Positions 38,736 to 47,952 of a stretch of 64,000 bases of DNA are shown here, one piece after another (position 1 is the first letter of the stretch; each line of letters begins with the position of its first letter). The notes beneath the pieces were generated by a model. The model searched no databases. It worked only from the letters and a program-made list of their open reading frames with translations, and was not told the origin of the DNA. This DNA is from Bariatricus sp. (GTDB lineage Bacteria; Bacillota; Clostridia; Lachnospirales; Lachnospiraceae), in assembly GCA_051880095.1 (NCBI GenBank), contig JBJENH010000106.1, forward strand, positions 85,760 through 149,759, in the 5' to 3' direction. The position numbers and the translations under genes are program-made.

Positions 38736-39548
38736 ATGGCAGACATCAGTGATTATTTAAAGAAAATTCTGAGTGCCGTGTACGGAAGGGATGTCCGGCA
38801 GGCAATTCGTGATGCAATATATCAGTGCTATAAAGACGGGAAGGCGGGATCTATTGATGTTATAGCAAGAGAGAGAATTGATAATATTGTAGCGCAGAGC
38901 GGATCAACGGAAGGGAACAGTGAACTTACAGATATCAGAGTTGGTGCGGATGGCAAGACTTACTCAACCGCAGGTACGGCAGTTCGAGAACAGTTCACTG
39001 CAATGACAAATGAACTTGAAGCAATGCCGGACAATATATTAAACATTCATGTTTGGGAAAAGTTTAGCCCTGACATGACAATCAATCTTGCTGAAGCTGA
39101 GGAAATCAACATTGTCAGCTGGCTTGCTGATATAACAGGCGCATATGGAAGTATCACAGTTAAGTATGGCGATTCTGTTGGCATGAGTAATGGCAATGTA
39201 ACTGTGGCAGAACCATACTCATCAGTAAGTTACAATTCAAAAAATGATTCAACATCAAAACTTGATGTAATTAAAGGGAAATATGCGGTCATCAAAGATG
39301 TGTGCTACAAAGTAGGAGACAGCGCAACTATTTCCAAAATAAAGGATACAAGTGGTACACTAGCAAGCTATATAGTTAAGTGCAGCAATGCACAGAAAAT
39401 TGAATCTATTGAATATGGAGCAACGTATGGCCATGTTACAGCAAGTGACAAAGGTACATATCCAAGCGTTGGATTGTCTGGTGACTATAGATACGAATAC
39501 AAAGGAACACCTGGACAAGCCATGTCAAAAATAGAAGCAATGAAATAG
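38736..39548 (+). CDS. Tail/baseplate-associated protein
   Basis: A.YG.DVRQAI.D, ELTDIRVGADG..Y.TAG.AVR.Q. Confidence 0.65.
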   Translation: MADISDYLKKILSAVYGRDVRQAIRDAIYQCYKDGKAGSIDVIARERIDNIVAQSGSTEGNSELTDIRVGADGKTYSTAGTAVREQFTAMTNELEAMPDNILNIHVWEKFSPDMTINLAEAEEINIVSWLADITGAYGSITVKYGDSVGMSNGNVTVAEPYSSVSYNSKNDSTSKLDVIKGKYAVIKDVCYKVGDSATISKIKDTSGTLASYIVKCSNAQKIESIEYGATYGHVTASDKGTYPSVGLSGDYRYEYKGTPGQAMSKIEAMK

Positions 39549-39560
39549 GAGGATGCAATC

Positions 39561-40067
39561 ATGAAAAAGAAAAGAAGAATCGTAGCGTTGGTATTAACAT
39601 TATTATTTGTCTGCTCTATGAGCGTGCAGGCAGGATTTACGCCGAAATATTCGGTAGATATGCCAGAGATTCCGGAGATCCATGTGGAATTATCAGATGA
39701 GATGAAAGAGGCAGTCAACCAGGCGGCACAGAAGCAGATTGAAAAGATGATCCTGGACAAGCCGGTGATTATCAATGCTACATGCTGGCACTGTAGGTAT
39801 TTCTACCCGTACAAAAATAAGCTCATCATTTCATGGGAAGAAGTGGAAGGTGCAACATCATATAAGGTAGAGATTACAGATGCATCTGGAACACGCACGA
39901 AAGAGGTCGCGACAACTTATTTGATTCTGACAGAGGGCAGTGATGAGATTTACCCGGCATGTATGGATACAGAGGAGCTGCATCCGACTGTAAGAGTTCG
40001 GGCCTATGGCGAGGATGAAACGTACAGTATGTGGTCGGACGCGGTTGAGATTGGCTGTTATAAGTAG
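39561..40067 (+). CDS. Signal-peptide protein with FN3-like C-terminal domain
   Basis: MKKKRR + hydrophobic core + VQA; ISWEEVEGATSY and VRVRAY...S.WS FN3 pattern. Confidence 0.6.
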   Translation: MKKKRRIVALVLTLLFVCSMSVQAGFTPKYSVDMPEIPEIHVELSDEMKEAVNQAAQKQIEKMILDKPVIINATCWHCRYFYPYKNKLIISWEEVEGATSYKVEITDASGTRTKEVATTYLILTEGSDEIYPACMDTEELHPTVRVRAYGEDETYSMWSDAVEIGCYK

Positions 40068-40075
40068 GTGATAGA

Positions 40076-40744
40076 ATGGAAAATAGAATTAACATAGCGT
40101 GCTTCCAGCCAGACTCCGAAGTGGCGAAAGTCGACGACATCTGGCAGTGGGATTATGGCCAGATCCTTCGGATTCAGGGGCTTAACCTTCCGACAGCGGT
40201 AGAAATTCACTTTTCCTTGGACGAGTATGGCGGCGAAGCTGTCAGAAGAATTGGAATGACTCAAGATGGCGTTACCGATGTTGTGATTCCAGATTCAATG
40301 GTTGAAAATGAGTCGGCATATGGTGATAGCTATTACTTCTTCGCATATATCTATCTGTCAGACGAGGAATCGGGAAACACGGAATACAAAATTCGGGCAA
40401 AGGTTACTACCAGATCAAAGCCCGAAGCTTTTGACCGGCCGGAAGACGCGGAACTCTTCCGGCAAGCGATCAAGGCGGTTAATGAATCCGCTGATCGGGC
40501 AGAGAATGCTGAGAAGTCTGCAGAAAGCTGGGCACATGGCCATGAAGAGTATCCAGATCGCGACGAAGACAATGCAAGGTATTACGCGAAGCAGGCAAAG
40601 GAATCAGCAGATCACGCAGAACAGGCTGCTGCAGAAAGCGGGTATATAAATTTTAACATCGAGGACGGGAGACTGGTCGAAACCAGAACAGACAATGTAG
40701 ATGTTGAATTCGCTATGATAGAAGGGAGGCTGTGCATCGTATGA
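40076..40744 (+). CDS. Baseplate upper-like protein
   Basis: WQWDYGQIL.I.GL.LP..VE.HF, IPD. Confidence 0.6.
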   Translation: MENRINIACFQPDSEVAKVDDIWQWDYGQILRIQGLNLPTAVEIHFSLDEYGGEAVRRIGMTQDGVTDVVIPDSMVENESAYGDSYYFFAYIYLSDEESGNTEYKIRAKVTTRSKPEAFDRPEDAELFRQAIKAVNESADRAENAEKSAESWAHGHEEYPDRDEDNARYYAKQAKESADHAEQAAAESGYINFNIEDGRLVETRTDNVDVEFAMIEGRLCIV

Positions 40745-42495
40745 CAGCAAAGAAAATGGATTTAGGCGCGGTATCCGCCTACGCCCTTGCGGTAGAACAA
40801 GGATATCATGGAACAGAAGAAGAATTCGCGACTATATTAGCGAACGCGGCGAATTATGCATCAGAAAGCAAGAATGCGAAAGAGGATGCAGCAAAATCCG
40901 CTGTAGAAGCAGAGGGATATAAGAAAAGTGCGGAAAAAATTCTCGAAGATGTCGGAGCGGCTGGATTAGAGCAGGTAGAAGCAATAAATGTCGCTGCAAC
41001 GAAACAGATTAATGCCGCAAACGAAGCGATTGAAAAAAAAGGTTCCGAAACGCTTGAAAGCATACCAGATGATTACACGGAGCTGCAGGAAGATATTACA
41101 GGGCTAAAGAGTGATATAGATCAGATAAAACAGAGCGGTGGAGTTGGTTCGGAAACAGGTAGTGGAGCAACCACAGCGCAGGCAAATAGTTTGTGGTCAA
41201 TTATCCAAAAGACAGCATTTTCAGAAGTGTTGACAGACGAAGAAATTAACGATTTCAAAACCGCATGGGGAATTACCACAGAAACTATTCCAGCTACAGG
41301 TATTTCGCTTGATAAAACAACATTATCATTTACAAACTCAGCAACTCAGATTTTGATAGCTACAGTAGAGCCTTCAAACAGTACCGATAAAATAACATGG
41401 AAAACAGATGACGAAGGAATTGCGACTGTAGCAAATGGTGTTGTGACGCCTGTTTCAAATGGTTCCTGCATGATTATAGCAAAAGCTGGTAATTATTCTG
41501 CGTCCTGTGAAGTAACAGTAGCAGTAGAGTCTGAAATAGTGACATATACAATCACGAATAACTTGACTAATGTGTCAACTGATAATCCTGTAACCACTAT
41601 CACAGAAAATAGCGGATATACCGCAAATTTGACTGCAGATACTGGCTATACCATTGATACCGTAACGATAACAATGGGCGGTATCGATGTCACGTCGGAC
41701 GTGTACGTGGACGGAACAGTTATTATTTCCGCAGTTACTGGTAATGTTGTTATTAACGCAAGTGCAGTACAGGCAGGAGAAATCGAAGAAGAAATCACGT
41801 TACTTAAGTGGATTGCAACAGACGAAGATTCTTATATAGATACAGGAGTAATACCTGAAAAAGCAAGTTATAAATATGTGATTGGTATGCAGTATCCAGT
41901 GAACCTGTCGGAATTAGGAGACACTTATAATAATGCGTATATCGGTGGGGTAAGCCAAAAAGATAATACAAACCCAGCTCTTTGCAATTATTGGGACTTT
42001 ATAATAAAAACTAACAGTAATAGCACTTGTTCGGCACGTGCTGAAATAGAAGCCAATGGTATAACAATGTATGATAATTACAACTCGTTTGTAGACATGC
42101 CTGTATATTTTTCATTTACTGATGGCGAACAAGGGTTATATGCAGACGAAGAACTTACAACATTAACACATTCGGATAATAGCATGGCAAATACTTATGA
42201 TACATTATTATATTCAAATAGCTCTACATTTGATGAGTCAAAGCACTCGATTTATCCAATCTGGCTTGGAAAGGTTAATCACAACTCTGGCACATTAAAC
42301 GCAACAAGAAATGATTATCGAGCGATAGGTATTAAGTTCTATTGTTTCAAGGTATTTGATGAAAACGAAAACCTTATTGTGAACTTGAGACCAGCAAAAC
42401 AAGGTTCTAAGATTGGTATGTACGACACTGTGACTGGTAAGTTTCATGAAAATCAGGGATCTGGGGAATTCAGTTACGAGGAGGTATCGGAATAA
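40741..42495 (+). CDS. Tail fibre/receptor-binding protein with Ig-like (Big_2) domain
   Basis: IPATGISLDKTTLSF...ATVEP.N.TD.I.W...ATV.NG.VT; YIDTG and GMYD.V.G.F motifs. Confidence 0.75.
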   Translation: MTAKKMDLGAVSAYALAVEQGYHGTEEEFATILANAANYASESKNAKEDAAKSAVEAEGYKKSAEKILEDVGAAGLEQVEAINVAATKQINAANEAIEKKGSETLESIPDDYTELQEDITGLKSDIDQIKQSGGVGSETGSGATTAQANSLWSIIQKTAFSEVLTDEEINDFKTAWGITTETIPATGISLDKTTLSFTNSATQILIATVEPSNSTDKITWKTDDEGIATVANGVVTPVSNGSCMIIAKAGNYSASCEVTVAVESEIVTYTITNNLTNVSTDNPVTTITENSGYTANLTADTGYTIDTVTITMGGIDVTSDVYVDGTVIISAVTGNVVINASAVQAGEIEEEITLLKWIATDEDSYIDTGVIPEKASYKYVIGMQYPVNLSELGDTYNNAYIGGVSQKDNTNPALCNYWDFIIKTNSNSTCSARAEIEANGITMYDNYNSFVDMPVYFSFTDGEQGLYADEELTTLTHSDNSMANTYDTLLYSNSSTFDESKHSIYPIWLGKVNHNSGTLNATRNDYRAIGIKFYCFKVFDENENLIVNLRPAKQGSKIGMYDTVTGKFHENQGSGEFSYEEVSE

Positions 42496-43283
42496 TGAGT
42501 TTGTATGATATTAATGGAAATGAGATTTTATTTGACAGCGAATCATCTCCTTCCGGTTCCTCTGTTTCCGAATTGCAACGTAAATTCAAAGGTAAAAATA
42601 TTGTTTGGCTAGGTGATTCCATTCATGCGTATAGTCAACCGGATGGCGTGACAATACCATATTTGTTTGAGTACCACAGTGGGGCAAAGTGCTATAACTG
42701 GTGCCAGGGTGGTACTACAATGGCAAAAATGGGAGTTGCCAACTATGATCCATTCAGTGGTGTTGGAATGATTGATGCTTTGGTAACTGGCGCGTTTACG
42801 GATCAGGAGACATATCAAGAAGACAGAAATTTTAGTTCTCAGGTATCTGAAATGAAATCTTTTGACATGTCAACTGCGGATTATGTAATCATCGAATTTG
42901 GAACCAATGATACTTTGAAAGATATAACATTGGATAATTCTGAAAATACATTTGACACCACTACGACTGGAGGCTCATTGCGATACATGATCAAAACATT
43001 ACAGACCGTATATCCGAAACTTGGGATTGCGGTTTGTAATGTGCAGAAAATGACTGGGTGGCTGGATTCAGAGCATACGAAGTCTTACAATAGCAAAAAT
43101 CAAACAGATTTAATTAACCTGGTCTGTAGCGACCTATGTATCCCGATAATTGATATATACAATCTGATAGGCTTAAACGATTATACATCTGAAACATTAT
43201 TGAGTGACAATCTTCACCGGTCGCACGCAGGAAAATTAAAACAGGTACAGGTTATAGAGAATAGAATGGTAGATTTTTATTAA
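42495..43283 (+). CDS. SGNH/GDSL hydrolase
   Basis: Blocks WLGDSI, QGGT, FGTND, DNLH. Confidence 0.88.
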   Translation: MSLYDINGNEILFDSESSPSGSSVSELQRKFKGKNIVWLGDSIHAYSQPDGVTIPYLFEYHSGAKCYNWCQGGTTMAKMGVANYDPFSGVGMIDALVTGAFTDQETYQEDRNFSSQVSEMKSFDMSTADYVIIEFGTNDTLKDITLDNSENTFDTTTTGGSLRYMIKTLQTVYPKLGIAVCNVQKMTGWLDSEHTKSYNSKNQTDLINLVCSDLCIPIIDIYNLIGLNDYTSETLLSDNLHRSHAGKLKQVQVIENRMVDFY

Positions 43284-43345
43284 TTAGAACGCATTCTATT
43301 ATCCGATACAATATAAGTGTGTATGCATCAAAATAAAATAGATAT

Positions 43346-44362
43346 TTATTTTTTAAAATTGCCCAATAATATTACAACATTGCTTCTGATATAATCTATA
43401 GCCAAACCAAATATAAAAATCGCAAGTATTGATATGGCAAAACGAATGGTAAACATAAGCGGATCATGGGAGACACTATCTAAACAAATAATGTTATCCC
43501 ATAAAATACTGCGTAATGCTCCATGCTCATGAAATAAATAAACTGCAAAGGTAAGAGATGATATCTTACTTATCACTGTATTTGTATTACTATGATTACT
43601 AAAAAAAATAAATAACATAACTGATGAAATCGTTACTGCGACTGAATTATATATAAAAAGTAGATTGGAAAATACAGCCAACAACGGAATGAAGTCAGAC
43701 AATATTTTTGCTAATAATAAAATAATGGAGCAAGCAATATATATAAGTCCGGGGTGCGCCAAATTAATAGGATAGTTTCTGATATATGCTGATATAAGAT
43801 AAAGCACAATAAACCACGAAAAACTAAATCCGTTGTTCACCCCAAAAGTATTTCCGAATATGCTAATTGTCGGAACGACGGAAAATAGCAGAAGCAAAAT
43901 CATTAATACTTTTTTGTACTGTTCTTGGGTAAGTGAATTTATAAAATGATTTATTATTGGAGAGAGTATAATGAGTATTATGTACTGGGTGAAAAACCAG
44001 TACTGATTTGTAAGCAATGGTAATGCATACTTAACTAAATCTTTTACGTTGAAAGTAATATTCGTAGATGGAATTATACAGAGCACTAGATAAATTCCAA
44101 CGGAATATAGTTCGACTTGAAGCCACAATTTGAATATTTTTTTAAATGTAACAGTTTGTCTGCATAGGAAATAACCACTAATCAATATAAAAACATTTAC
44201 CGCTACAATAGAAAATGAGCGGGATATATTGGTAATAAAATATGGTACACTAAGTGGGATTATGTTAGCATTAGCAATTCCATAATGTGTAGCATGAAGA
44301 ATGACAACCATAAACATAGATATGGTTTTTAATAAGTCAATAGATGCATTTCTTTCTTTCAC
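43346..44362 (-). CDS. Acyltransferase-3 family membrane O-acyltransferase (moron)
   Basis: RN.SIDLLK.ISMF.VV.LH, VN.F.LISGYF, WF...Y, FAVYLFH; promoter TTCCAA-17-TGaTACAAT; GTG start after GGAGGGAGG. Confidence 0.88.
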   Translation of the reverse strand: MKERNASIDLLKTISMFMVVILHATHYGIANANIIPLSVPYFITNISRSFSIVAVNVFILISGYFLCRQTVTFKKIFKLWLQVELYSVGIYLVLCIIPSTNITFNVKDLVKYALPLLTNQYWFFTQYIILIILSPIINHFINSLTQEQYKKVLMILLLLFSVVPTISIFGNTFGVNNGFSFSWFIVLYLISAYIRNYPINLAHPGLIYIACSIILLLAKILSDFIPLLAVFSNLLFIYNSVAVTISSVMLFIFFSNHSNTNTVISKISSLTFAVYLFHEHGALRSILWDNIICLDSVSHDPLMFTIRFAISILAIFIFGLAIDYIRSNVVILLGNFKK

Positions 44363-44593
44363 AGTAATTCCTCCCTCCATTTAGAGGAATTGTATCATAA
44401 AATGAAAGATTTTGGAAGAAGATGTTATTTAATGCATAAACTAAAGCAGACTTTAATTCAGTAGCTAAGAGCCGTAAATCCGAAAGGAACGGCTCTTTTT
44501 ATCTGAATAATGTAAACTAGCGATCTCGGAGATTGAATGTTGGTGGACAGAGTAGTATAATTTATTGCATAAACAAAAGATGGAGGGGATAAT

Positions 44594-45088
44594 ATGTGGT
44601 GGATTATATTATCTTGCTTTATAATAATTTTTATAATTATTATAATAATAAAAGCATTTTGGTATTTTTACAAAAGGAGAAATATAGGAAAAGACTTTTT
44701 TGCAGAGAGCGAAAAACCGTTTGGGAAGAAAGCTCCTGAAATGTATTATGATAAGCAAATGATGTTTAGAAAATGCTATGGTTTTTTTATTGGCGTTCAT
44801 TATCTGCTAGTTATAATGTCAATTTCGTTAACCACGATAACTATTTATATGGTTATAGATACGGAACTTAATAATATAGCAAGGCTTACAGTCAGTGTGT
44901 TGGCGGCTATATCGACAAATTTACAAATTGTATTGCGATTTGATAAAGTTGCAGAGGGATATATAAGTGCAATGAGAGTATTAGAGCAGGCCATTTTAGA
45001 ATACGAGGAGAGACAGAACGAGAGCTTGGAAATTTTATTGCAAGCAAATATGCGAGCGGAAGAAATAATACATAATATGCATCATTAA
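44594..45088 (+). CDS. SLATT/DUF4231-like membrane protein (moron)
   Basis: N-terminal TM, then paired TM helices followed by F.K.A.GY..A.R.LE helix; promoter TTGAAT-17-TATAAT and terminator at 45095-45125. Confidence 0.55.
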   Translation: MWWIILSCFIIIFIIIIIIKAFWYFYKRRNIGKDFFAESEKPFGKKAPEMYYDKQMMFRKCYGFFIGVHYLLVIMSISLTTITIYMVIDTELNNIARLTVSVLAAISTNLQIVLRFDKVAEGYISAMRVLEQAILEYEERQNESLEILLQANMRAEEIIHNMHH

Positions 45089-45197
45089 AATTCTACCAAC
45101 CATCAACTCGGTGGTTGGTATTTTTATGCAATCACGGACAGTACTTGGAAAAATTCTCCTTTTGTCGTATAATGACGGTGGAAGGGAGAGTTGTTAT

Positions 45198-45806
45198 ATG
45201 GGTGGTATGAATGTATATGACTGGAAAGAAATTACGGAAGCCAGAAATGTTGGATCCACGTATTTAACGCATTTAATTCGCGGATGCGATCGAGAAGCAT
45301 ATGAAACTCTTGTAAAAATATTACAGAGCGGCATTCTTGAATCATGTAAGTCAAAACGGAATAATTATGATACCGTCGAAGGAAACAAGAAAGTCGTTTG
45401 TTTTCAGGACGCATCTTTTGATTCGATGAATGAAATAATGACCGGAGAAGAATGGTGCGATATGAATACGAGATACTCAAAATTTGGTATTCAATTGGAT
45501 AAAATAGCATTGTTTGAATCTGGAGCAAGGCCTGTCATATATGATAAAAAGAGCGAAATTTTAAATGTCATTGATGAAGATATGAAATGGAGAGTCGTGA
45601 ATTTAGATTTGGGATATATATCGTGTATTGATTGGACTCATGAGCGCGAATGGAGAATACCAAAAGATGTGAAAATATATCAATTTCCCATGAAAATTAT
45701 TGTGAAATCAGAGTGGTATAAGAAGAAACTTCTTAGTGATAAACGGCTATCAGAAAGAGTGGAAAACGAACAATTTGATGAAAAAGATATTATAGTTTTT
45801 GAATAG
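45198..45806 (+). CDS. AbiGi-like / ADP-ribosyltransferase-fold protein (moron)
   Basis: YLTHL, VCFQD, YSKFGI, GARPVIY, DWTHEREWR; promoter TTGGAA-17-TATAAT and terminator at 45802-45834. Confidence 0.65.
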   Translation: MGGMNVYDWKEITEARNVGSTYLTHLIRGCDREAYETLVKILQSGILESCKSKRNNYDTVEGNKKVVCFQDASFDSMNEIMTGEEWCDMNTRYSKFGIQLDKIALFESGARPVIYDKKSEILNVIDEDMKWRVVNLDLGYISCIDWTHEREWRIPKDVKIYQFPMKIIVKSEWYKKKLLSDKRLSERVENEQFDEKDIIVFE

Positions 45807-45855
45807 TCACTGTTCAGGCAGTGGCTATTTTTATGCCCAGAAAGAAGGTGATAAC

Positions 45856-45906
45856 ATGGCATGCAAAGGCAAAGGAAAAGGCGGTAAGAAAGGAAAAGGT
45901 AAATAA
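45856..45906 (+). CDS. 16-aa Lys/Gly micropeptide MACKGKGKGGKKGKGK
   Basis: SD GAAGGTG upstream; codons vary for K and G; not in track. Confidence 0.5.
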   Translation: MACKGKGKGGKKGKGK

Positions 45907-45988
45907 GGAGAGCGATATGAGAGAGACCAGAGCGAGACCGTAGAGGTCTTATTTTTATGCGAAAAATTACAGAAAGAGAGTGAGGTAT

Positions 45989-46408
45989 ATGAAGAAAATG
46001 GAAAAGTTATTTAACTGGATCAGCATTGTATTTGGATTTGTTGGAGGGTTATTTTCATACTGGCTTGGAGGATGGGACATTCTGCTTAAAACGATTGTTT
46101 TTCTTGCAGTGGTGGACTATATAACGGGACTCATCAAAGCAGTATATCTGAAACAGTTATCTTCCGAGATCGGGTTCAAAGGCCTGCTGAAAAAGATTGT
46201 GATGTTTATCGTGATTGCAGTTGCTTTCGTGATTCAGCAGCTGATCGGCGGCACGGTACCGCTCCGGGAAGTGGTCATTATGTTTTATATTGCGAATGAA
46301 GCATTGAGCTTACTGGAAAATGCAGCAATCTTTATTCCGATTCCAGACAAGCTCAGAGACGTATTGCTACAGTTGAGAGATAAAGATACGGATTCAGAGG
46401 GCGAGTAA
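45989..46408 (+). CDS. Phage holin (holin_4-like)
   Basis: LGGWD.LL...DYITG, LSS.IG.KGL.KK, FYIANE.LS.LEN, IP..L...L.QL. Confidence 0.9.
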   Translation: MKKMEKLFNWISIVFGFVGGLFSYWLGGWDILLKTIVFLAVVDYITGLIKAVYLKQLSSEIGFKGLLKKIVMFIVIAVAFVIQQLIGGTVPLREVVIMFYIANEALSLLENAAIFIPIPDKLRDVLLQLRDKDTDSEGE

Positions 46409-46429
46409 CATCGTCCTCTTTTTAGGTTA

Positions 46430-46445
46430 TGTGCGACGTCGCACA
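46430..46445. promoter_or_regulatory. Second copy of palindrome TGTGCGACGTCGCACA, upstream of the endolysin RBS
   Basis: Seen directly; followed by GAAAGGAGAT...ATGGCA as at int. Confidence 0.7.
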
Positions 46446-46460
46446 GAAAGGAGATAGAGT

Positions 46461-47426
46461 ATGGCACATGTATTTTTAATTTGCGGACACGGAGCAGGAG
46501 ATTCGGGAGCAGTAGGAAACGGATATCAGGAGCAGGAACGTGTAAGGGCTCTGGGGGCCAGAATCAAGGCTCTCGGCGGTGATTACGTTACACTGGCAGA
46601 TACCTCGCAGAACTGGTACAAGACTGCAGGAATCAACACACTGACGATCCCGAAGGATTGGCAGATCTTGGAGCTTCACATGGATTCCGGAGCAGCATCA
46701 GCACATGGCGGGCATGTGATTATCAAGCAGGGTTACACTGCTGACAAGTATGACAATGCACTTGCTGCCATGTTAAAAGAGATCCTTCCTGGTCGGTCTA
46801 GTATGATTGTCGGCCGGAGCAATCTGGCCAACGTCAACAGAGCAGCGGCGAAAGGATACGGATACCGGCTTGTTGAATTCGGATTTATTTCCAATGCAAA
46901 TGATGTTAAGATTTTCAACTCACGCATGGATGAGATCGCCGAGGGAGTTCTTCAGGCGTTTGATATTCCGACAAATAAGGTCAAACAGATTCCGGGCACA
47001 GCGAAGAATGACAATCAGCTCTGGTACCGCGCACACTGTCAGAATCTTGGTTGGCTTGATCCGGTTCATGATGGCCAGACTTCCGGAACGACCGGATTTT
47101 CAAAGAGACTGGAAGCGCTGCTGATCGATCTCAGAACAATTCGTAAGAAATATCCGGATGCGAAGCTTGCAGGTGATTTTCATATCCAGGACATTGGATG
47201 GATTCATATTGATGATATTGAGCATGATACCATTCTTGGAACGATCGGAAAGGCCCTGAGACTGGAAGCCTTCCGGCTGTATTTAACCGGTGTGCCTGAC
47301 AAGACGCTCTACTACGAAGCTCATGTTCAGGGCATCGGCTGGCAGGGCGTCAGAAAAGACGGTGAGATGGCCGGAACGACCGGACAGTCAAAGAGGGTTG
47401 AAGCGGTAAGGATCTGGATCGAATAA
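46461..47426 (+). CDS. Endolysin: Amidase_3 plus ChW repeats
   Basis: ICGHGAGDSGA, ELHMDS, LVEFGFI; three Y..H.Q..GW...DG..AGTTG..R.EA repeats. Confidence 0.9.
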   Translation: MAHVFLICGHGAGDSGAVGNGYQEQERVRALGARIKALGGDYVTLADTSQNWYKTAGINTLTIPKDWQILELHMDSGAASAHGGHVIIKQGYTADKYDNALAAMLKEILPGRSSMIVGRSNLANVNRAAAKGYGYRLVEFGFISNANDVKIFNSRMDEIAEGVLQAFDIPTNKVKQIPGTAKNDNQLWYRAHCQNLGWLDPVHDGQTSGTTGFSKRLEALLIDLRTIRKKYPDAKLAGDFHIQDIGWIHIDDIEHDTILGTIGKALRLEAFRLYLTGVPDKTLYYEAHVQGIGWQGVRKDGEMAGTTGQSKRVEAVRIWIE

Positions 47427-47508
47427 AAAATGCCCGGAAATGTACATTGACATTTCCGGGCATTGCAATGTATTAACGAATTGAATGAAACAAATTTATA
47501 AAAACTGG

Positions 47509-47569
47509 TTGACAAATTAACCAAAATAAGTTAAATTTATTATGTAAAGAGTGAAAACTTATTTGTCAA
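47509..47569 (+). promoter_or_regulatory. Promoter/operator of the XRE-IrrE cassette
   Basis: TTGACA-17-TAAATT; inverted pairs TTGACAAAT/ATTTGTCAA and AAATAAGTT/AACTTATTT. Confidence 0.55.
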
Positions 47570-47585
47570 TGAAAGGGAGAGGAAC

Positions 47586-47945
47586 ATGAACAGGAGCAAA
47601 TTAAGCAGGTTTGGCATATTTTGCAGAAAGCTAAGATTGGATAATGGAGAATTATTATATGATATGGCTAAAAAATTGGGTGTCTCTTCCGCGTTTTTGT
47701 CCAAAGTAGAAAACGGAAACGGAAAGCCGCCAGCTGAATGGAGAGATATGATAATATCTATGTATCGTTTAGATGACGAAAGTATTGCGGAGTTAGATGA
47801 CGCTTTATTTGAGGCAAATAATATGAAGAGCATTGATATAAGACATTTCTCAAATGAAGATAAAGAACTGATGTGGTCTTTCGCTCGAAAACTGGATTCT
47901 GTTGATAAAGAAAAAATAAGAAAACTTTTAAACAATAAGGAGTGA
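47586..47945 (+). CDS. XRE-family HTH regulator
   Basis: FG.F.RKLR.D.GE.L.DMA.KLGVSSAFLS.VENG. Confidence 0.88.
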   Translation: MNRSKLSRFGIFCRKLRLDNGELLYDMAKKLGVSSAFLSKVENGNGKPPAEWRDMIISMYRLDDESIAELDDALFEANNMKSIDIRHFSNEDKELMWSFARKLDSVDKEKIRKLLNNKE

Positions 47946-47952
47946 TGATATT

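Noticed and set aside
45111-45197. Track start of the AbiGi-like ORF (231 aa)
   Set aside because: This segment contains the upstream terminator and the TATAAT promoter; ATG 45198 after GAAGGGAG is more plausible
45917-45943. Micro-ORF MRETRARP with SD AAGGAG
   Set aside because: Overlaps a hairpin (AGACC/GGTCT plus T-run) and is only 8 codons; it cannot be separated from chance
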